Assembly: GCA_951406725.2 (NCBI GenBank)
Contig: OX597830.1
Span: forward strand, 3,720,001 to 3,784,000
Reading direction: 5' to 3'
Length of the DNA stretch: 64,000 nucleotides
DNA from: Octopus vulgaris
Taxonomy: Eukaryota
The notes under the pieces were generated by a model. That model was not told where the DNA came from, ran no database searches, and was given only the letters and a program-made list of their open reading frames with translations. Shown here one piece after another: positions 57,471 through 64,000 of this stretch (position 1 is its first letter; the number at the start of each line of letters is the position of its first letter). The position numbers and the translations under genes were made by a program.

Positions 57471-59984
57471 AACAACGAACAAGATGAGGACAAATATCCA
57501 TCAAATGTAAATAATGCATATATATATATATGTATATATATTTATATATTGTTTATAGAAAGGGTATCTAACCCTAAAACATTACCTCAGAGAAACCACC
57601 CAACCCATGCAAGCACAGAAAGGTGAACATAAAAAGATAACACACACACATGCACACACACATCATCATCATTTGTGAGATAACATATGAGAGTAAAACA
57701 ATAGATGAACATCATGTGATATGGAGAAGAAAACATTGACTTTTCTGTTTCTCACAAAGATCAATGGGGGATATTTAAGACAAAAATCCTCATAAATATA
57801 TTCAGCATTAACTAAAAAACACAATCATGAATTCTGCTGTTGTATTTGACCAAAATTTACCAATATTATTCATCCACAGAATATAAAAATCTTATCTTTC
57901 CTGTCAATATAATATCTTATGGTTAGTTTTGAAAAATGATTCTTTACAAGTTGTCCAAAGTTTGGCATATTCTACACCATTCCATTGTGTTCTGAATGAT
58001 TTAACATAACCATCATGATACAAACAAACAATAACAACAACAATTTTCTGATTTAGGCTCAAGGCCAGTAGTTTTTCAGTTACATAGACCCCTAATATTT
58101 GACTGGTATTATATTTTAGCTACCCTGGAGGAATAAAAGGCCAAGTTGGCAGCAGAGAAACTTGTTCTCAGAATGTCTTCATCATTTAAAATCTGCTTCC
58201 CATGCTGGCATGGGTAGGATTCTTTGGTCAATGAGTTGCAGGACTGTGTCAGGCTCCAATGTCATCTTTGGCATGGTTTCTGCAGATGGATAACCTGCCT
58301 AATGCCAACCACTTTTCTTTGAGTACTAGGTGCTTTTTTTTATGTGCTGCCAACACTCGTGAAGTTACGATGAAGCTTATAAGACAAAAAAGAAAAGGAA
58401 AAAATCTCCCACTATTAAGGGGAAGGTGGAGGTGGGTGGTTTTATGTCAGGTGTTGAAAAGCTGACGTATGATAGAGGAATAAGCACAGGTGTCTTACTA
58501 TTGAAGAGAGACATGGTTGAAGGAGATCAGAGGAAGGTAATGCTACAGTAAACTCTCAAGGACCATGAAGGTGAGCACAAGTGAGGATAAGGACAAGAAG
58601 GAATGAGAGAGTGGATGTTTTCAGAAGTGATGGAAGCAGGGAGTAATCTGCTGGAGGTGGTGGTTAAGGTAGGGAGTGAGGAACAAGGGGAGGGATGCAG
58701 ATGGGGGGGGGGGATAGCAGTATGTAGAGGGATTAGGAGGGGAGTTGGGAGTGGCTCAGGAAGGAGAAACAAAACAGAAAGTAGAAGAACGATGTGCAAG
58801 GTGTAGGATTAGTAGAGAGGGAGAGAGAGAGAGAGAAGAATAAATATCACAAGACATTTGGCTGGACCTGCTAATAATTCTGGTAATCCACTGTCCTAAG
58901 TTGTTTCTCATTAAGCACAAACCCAGGAGTTTTTAGGGGAGGGGGTTAATTGGTGCCCCAGCCCAGTATTTGTATTGTATTTTAATGACCCACAAATGAT
59001 GAAATGCAAAGTTCATCTCAGTGGCATTTGACCTCTGGATGTAAAGAGCTGAATTGGTTTCAAATTTTGGAAGAGGGGAGGGGGTTAAGTCGATTACATC
59101 ACCCCTTATGATCAACTTGTACTTAATTTATCAACCCTGAAAGTCAAAATCGACCTCGGTGGAATTTAGCTGGATTAAAAACCGTTAGAAGAATTCACGT
59201 CAAAAATAGATAGTAGGAAGAGAAGGGTTAAAGGAATAATAGGTCGGGAACAAGTGGAGAGGGAAAGAATGATTGAAAGAATGTTCAAAGGCTTAGGAAA
59301 GAATTTCTCTATAGAAGTGGGGTGGACATAAAAAAACACTCATTATCGCTTTGTTTACCATGTAGGCAATCATCGAAATTTTTGTTTGTCTTGTTGCCGA
59401 GAGAGGCTCCCTCTCTTTCCTGATGAGAAGATTGCATAATGCACCCTTTATTCCTTTGGAATGAAAACATGCTGTCTTCGAAATATATGTCGAGAGTAAA
59501 GGAATTTTGTTAACATCTTCGTTCGACTCCATTCTTTCATTTATTCATATACAACACACAAATTTCTGCACATGAACCCGGAGAGTTTCTACCCTTGACA
59601 GGTCGCTTCAACCGTGTTTCTGACGTGAATTTGCTTCCCAGGTTTCGGTTAAACGAATTTTCCATGCAGACGATAAACATAGGATAATTCATTCACCTAC
59701 TTATATATATATATATATATACTGTATATATATATATACATACACATATGTATAGATAAATATATGTATATGTATACAAAATATGGTGGTTTAGTTCACA
59801 GGTATTCTAAATGATTAGGTATGCTAGGTAAGTGCTGTAACAGATTACTAGGGCCCCAAGGTTGTAGCCGAGATGGTAGTTATGGAGCCATTGCAGGTTT
59901 CCGATATAGCGGATATATAATTGTTAAAGAGGACAACAAACATTAAGGCAAGGCAAAGATCTGAAGTCATATACATTATTATTA

Positions 59985-60032
<48 letters not shown>

Positions 60033-62697
60033 GAGAAAAATTCAAAGTCTTACAGCTCTTTCTGGGATATCCCAGAGTGTTGGATATTTCATCATCGGAG
60101 ACAAATAGGGAAAATGAGAAGGGTATAGGTTAATGAAATGACGACATAGAGGACAGGAATAAAGGAATAAGGAGATGAAGGAAGAGAAGAAAAAGAAGCC
60201 TAAAAGTTCACCGTTCAACTTTCCAATCTCGTAGAAATGGACTTGGGTGCAATCGTGCAACCGTGCAATCGTGCAATCGTGCAATCGTGCAATCGTGGGT
60301 GAAAGTGCTGATAATGTAACCATAATGCTTACACTCTCAGGACTGTAAAGGATAGATAGAGAGAAAGTTAACATAAGAGGTGCCAGATGAGTCTCAGTGA
60401 GAGGAATGAATAAAGAATGCTATACACACACACACACACACACATGGACAGGGAGGGAGAAGGAATCATAATGACATAGGAGGAGAAGGAATGGAGTAAA
60501 TGAGAGTGTGGTCAGAGAGAAAAGGAGAGGAATGTAAGTGCAATGGTTCAGAATATTATAATAAAATGTAAAATGTACAGTAGAAGTGCACATTGCAAAG
60601 CAGTATAGTGGGAGAAAGGAAAGGGAGAGTGAGGGAAAAAGTGACAGGGAGAGGAAAGAGAAGAAAATAAGAGAGAAAGTGGCTGGTTGTGGAGATAGAG
60701 TAAGGGAGGCAGTTATAAACATATTGTGGAAGAAATTAAAGCATATTATATTTGAAGAAGTCAGTCATATACATACATATGTGTATGTGTGTATATATAT
60801 GTGTGTGTGTGTTTGTGTCTCCATGTCTTGACATTGCATGATTGTCGTAAATGAGTGTCACTGTCATACAAGCAGTGTCGTTCATTTCCAGTATATTGCA
60901 AGAACATGTCTGGCCACAAGCAAATATTATCTTGCTTGGAAAAAAGGTGAGGGTTGGGGACAGGAAGAGTATCCATAATAGATAATCTGTCTCAAGAAAC
61001 TTCATCTAACCATGAAAGCATGATAATCTGATGATGATGTTTATTAGAATTTGAACTTAACTGTTTTGTACTACAAATTGGAATTAAATATTTCCAGAGT
61101 TGAATTAAAATCAGAAAAGTAATGACAGTTTTAGTAAACAACATTCAAGTAAATTTATAAAAGAAATATCTGCTTTTGTACGTTACACTGCTGTTGCTCT
61201 ATTTCAGTATTAAAATAACCAATGAAATTAAAGTTTAAACTTAATTTTGTATTCAGACAAGTGGAGCCATGGTAGAAACCTTTAAAATCTTCATTTGGCA
61301 CTCAATAAGTAAAACTGGCATTATGTATGAGGAATTCACCTTTGTTGTATTCAGAGAGCTAAACTGACTCTCTTTTGGAACAACCCATTATGCATTCTGC
61401 ACGATAGAAATTTTTTAGATTAACCTTCGATACTCAAGCTAGACAGATTTTGTACAGTTGCCAAATTTCCTCAATTTGTCATGCAATTGTAATAGTTTAT
61501 TTCTTTAGCAATATATTTAGTAATGTAAATACTGTTTAAATGCACTTACTTTTTGCTGGGTTTTTTTTTATAGTGTTGATCTTGTTTTGTTTGCTTTTTT
61601 TCTCTCTTACTTTTCACATTTTCAGTAGATGAACTGTTTCTGGTTCAAAATGAAACCTAAATAAATATAAACAAAAATAATAAAATTTATAAAAATCTCC
61701 AATATAAAAAGTGAAATTTTATTTCAAAACATTAGCATAATGGATTAAAGCTAACATAAAACCTCAAAGAATTAATAGATTAAGCTGTTGTGAAGAGAGA
61801 AACTCAGCAGATTCTATGAAAATCTGAAATTGTAAAGATTAAAGATTGAACTGATATATGAGAAAGACAAAACAGTCTCGCGTGAAGGAAATCAATAAGT
61901 TTTCATGTTGGTAGATATGAAACATGATGAAGTAGAGCAAGAGAAATAATTGGTTATGGAATAAGGCAAAGCGTCAGTTTTGTGGATTTTATTTCAGAGT
62001 TTCACTGTAGAAATTACAGCGTACTTAGAAAATTGGGAATCACAGTTTCAATCTAAGGATTGCAGCAACATTTAATAAGAACAGGTCAAATAGTTGGAAA
62101 GATTGTTCAGCTTTTGTATATTAATAATGTATTTGAATCAATCTAATTCATCTGAGTGTGTAGCCATAATGACCTGCTGCAAAGCGAAAGAATCAAACTT
62201 CAAACAAAATCAGTGGCCTTCATTGATAGAATTGGTTTGTTTTAATCTATACGGAGGATATGAAGAATATTTTGAAACTCTGAAACTAAATAATGTTATT
62301 AAGTCCTTATCTGAAAAATGAGATATGATTCTAAAAGTTTTAATCCTAGAGAAAATGGTTTTAGCAAACAGCAATGAAAAAGGAAATACATTAGACTAAA
62401 TATTCGATTTAATGTAAGAAAAATAATACCATTTATTAGAATAATGGCAGCAGAATCGGCAGACTTTAAATCTTGGAATAGTGCTATTAGCTGTTTATAA
62501 ACTAGTTTGTATCTGTAATACCACTGATTTGTCTATGAAATTGAATATTTGACAAGACTTTATCTTTTAATCTGAATCTTGTACTGTTTACCATTTCATT
62601 GCACAAACCAGAATCTCTTTCCTCATCGTCTCCATCAATTTCTTCACCTTTCCATCCCTATTGTCATCAGCATCAGTGTCATTGTCACCATCATCAC

Positions 62698-62898
62698 CTT
62701 CTTCTCCTTCTTCTTCTTCCTTTTCTTCTTCTTCTTCTTCTTCTTCTTCTTCTTCTTCTTCTTCTTCTTCTTCTTCTTCTTCTTCTTCTTCTTCTTCTTC
62801 TTCTTCTTCTTCTTCTTCTTCTTCTTCTCCTCCCCTCCTCCTCCTCCTCCTCCTCATCATCATCATTACCACCACCACCACCACCATCATCATCATCA
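62698..62898. repeat. (CTT)n-(CCT)n-(CAT)n-(CAC)n compound microsatellite
   Basis: Read directly; it accounts for the poly-E/S/L/R ORFs. Confidence 0.97.
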
Positions 62899-63132
62899 CT
62901 GCTGCAGGGAAATGGCAGAATCCATAGCATGCCTGGTAAAATGTTTGGCTGCATTTCTTGTGACTCTTTACATTTTAAGTTCAAATTCTACCAAAGTTGA
63001 CTTTCCCTTTCATCCTTTCGGCTTCCAAAAAATAAGTACCAGTTGAGTACTAGGGGTCAATGAAACCGACTTACCCACTTTCTCTGAAATTGCTGGCCTT
63101 GTTCCAAAATTTGAAATCATTATTATCATCAC

Positions 63133-63170
<38 letters not shown>

Positions 63171-63436
63171 TCCTTCCATTTTTTTTTTGTTTTTCACTTT
63201 CCCCACCTCAACATTGCTATTTCCAGCTTTTCTAAAATTACCATTTTATCTCAATATTCCCTATACAGACATTACTCCTATAAGGGCTGTTTTTCTTTCA
63301 CTATCAGTTCCCTGCCCCTCAGGTCACTGTCTCTGCTCCCTTGGTCTAACATTCGGTCTCAATGATTGAGAATTGTCATAAACAGAAATATTTCTCGTGA
63401 TTCCAATTAAATAAGGAATTAAAAGAACTTGAAATT

Positions 63437-63828
63437 GCTGTAGGAGTGGCTGTGTGGTAAGTAGCTTGCTTACCAACCACATGGTTCTGGGATCAGTCCC
63501 ACTGCGTGGCACCTTGGGCAAGTGTCTACTACTATAAGCCTTGTGAATGGATTTGGTAGACAGAAACCGAAAGAAGCCCGTCGTATATACGTGTATATAT
63601 GTATGTGTATGTATATGTTTGCGTGTCTGTGTTTGTCCCCCTAGCATTGCTTGACAACTGATGCTGGTGAGTTTACATCCCCATAACTTAGCAGTTCGGC
63701 AAAAGGGACCTATAGAATAAATACTAGGCTTACAAAGAATAAGTCCTGGGGTCGATTTGCTTGATTAAAGGCAGTACTCCAGCATGGCCACAATAAAATG
63801 ACTGAAACAAGTAAAAGAGTAAAAGAAT
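63437..63828 (+). mobile_element. tRNA-derived SINE family 1 with target-site duplication
   Basis: Colinear with 14451-14862 and flanked by ACTTGAAATT (63427-63436) and ACTTGAAACT (63829-63838). Confidence 0.9.
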
Positions 63829-64000
63829 ACTTGAAACTATGAAATTAATTACCATCAATTAAGAAAATACACATTAAAAATATTCTGTGAAATCATTCTG
63901 AATTTGTTGAAATTATCTTCCCATTACTTTGAGAGTTGTTAACTATTAGGAAAAAAAGTCGCTTATGTCCTTTATTCACTTCATAATCTCTTAATTTCTC

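Larger units (their letters stand above)
57107..57520. mobile_element. Head-to-head inverted dimer of a tRNA-headed, hammerhead-containing short element (family C)
   Basis: Forward copy 57269-57520 has a tRNA-like head, (AAT)n, a hammerhead and a 3' part ending at (TA)n. The inverted, internally deleted copy at 57107-57263 has a longer 3' tail ending at (TG)n/TA. Confidence 0.8.

Noticed and set aside
62579-63046. Poly-E/S/L/R/F ORFs (and poly-N/D/I at 5466-5891)
   Set aside because: Trinucleotide microsatellites open in several frames with no flanking coding signal.

Overview
AT-rich, microsatellite-dense eukaryotic DNA. The repeat content resembles cephalopod (octopus-like) genomes, which is an inference from repeat families and not proven here. 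I recognise no host protein-coding gene, and most ORF-track entries are translations of simple repeats. The window holds two full-length but defective DD34D mariner copies (651-1933, 30194-31467) and a 5' fragment of a second Tc1/mariner family. A ~14 kb (TA)n-punctuated pile-up contains two CR1/L2-group LINEs, an RTE LINE, a ~1 kb foldback element and a non-autonomous Helitron. There are also several tRNA-derived SINE families, piggyBac-type MITEs, a Dong/R4 3' end and older LINE relics. The most interesting signal is a set of small non-coding elements abutting (TA)n tracts that carry type I hammerhead-ribozyme motifs of the Penelope-like/retrozyme kind. They form three distinct sequence families, two of them as head-to-head inverted dimers. 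One family (57269-57520) fuses a tRNA-like Pol III promoter to the hammerhead. Other points: a SINE/LINE shared 3' stem-loop tail, SINE tail swapping, tandem pseudoknot-like units in the RTE 3' UTR, a PHD-like finger inside the RTE RT, a CCCH finger in a LINE ORF1, and a frameshift shared by both mariner copies.
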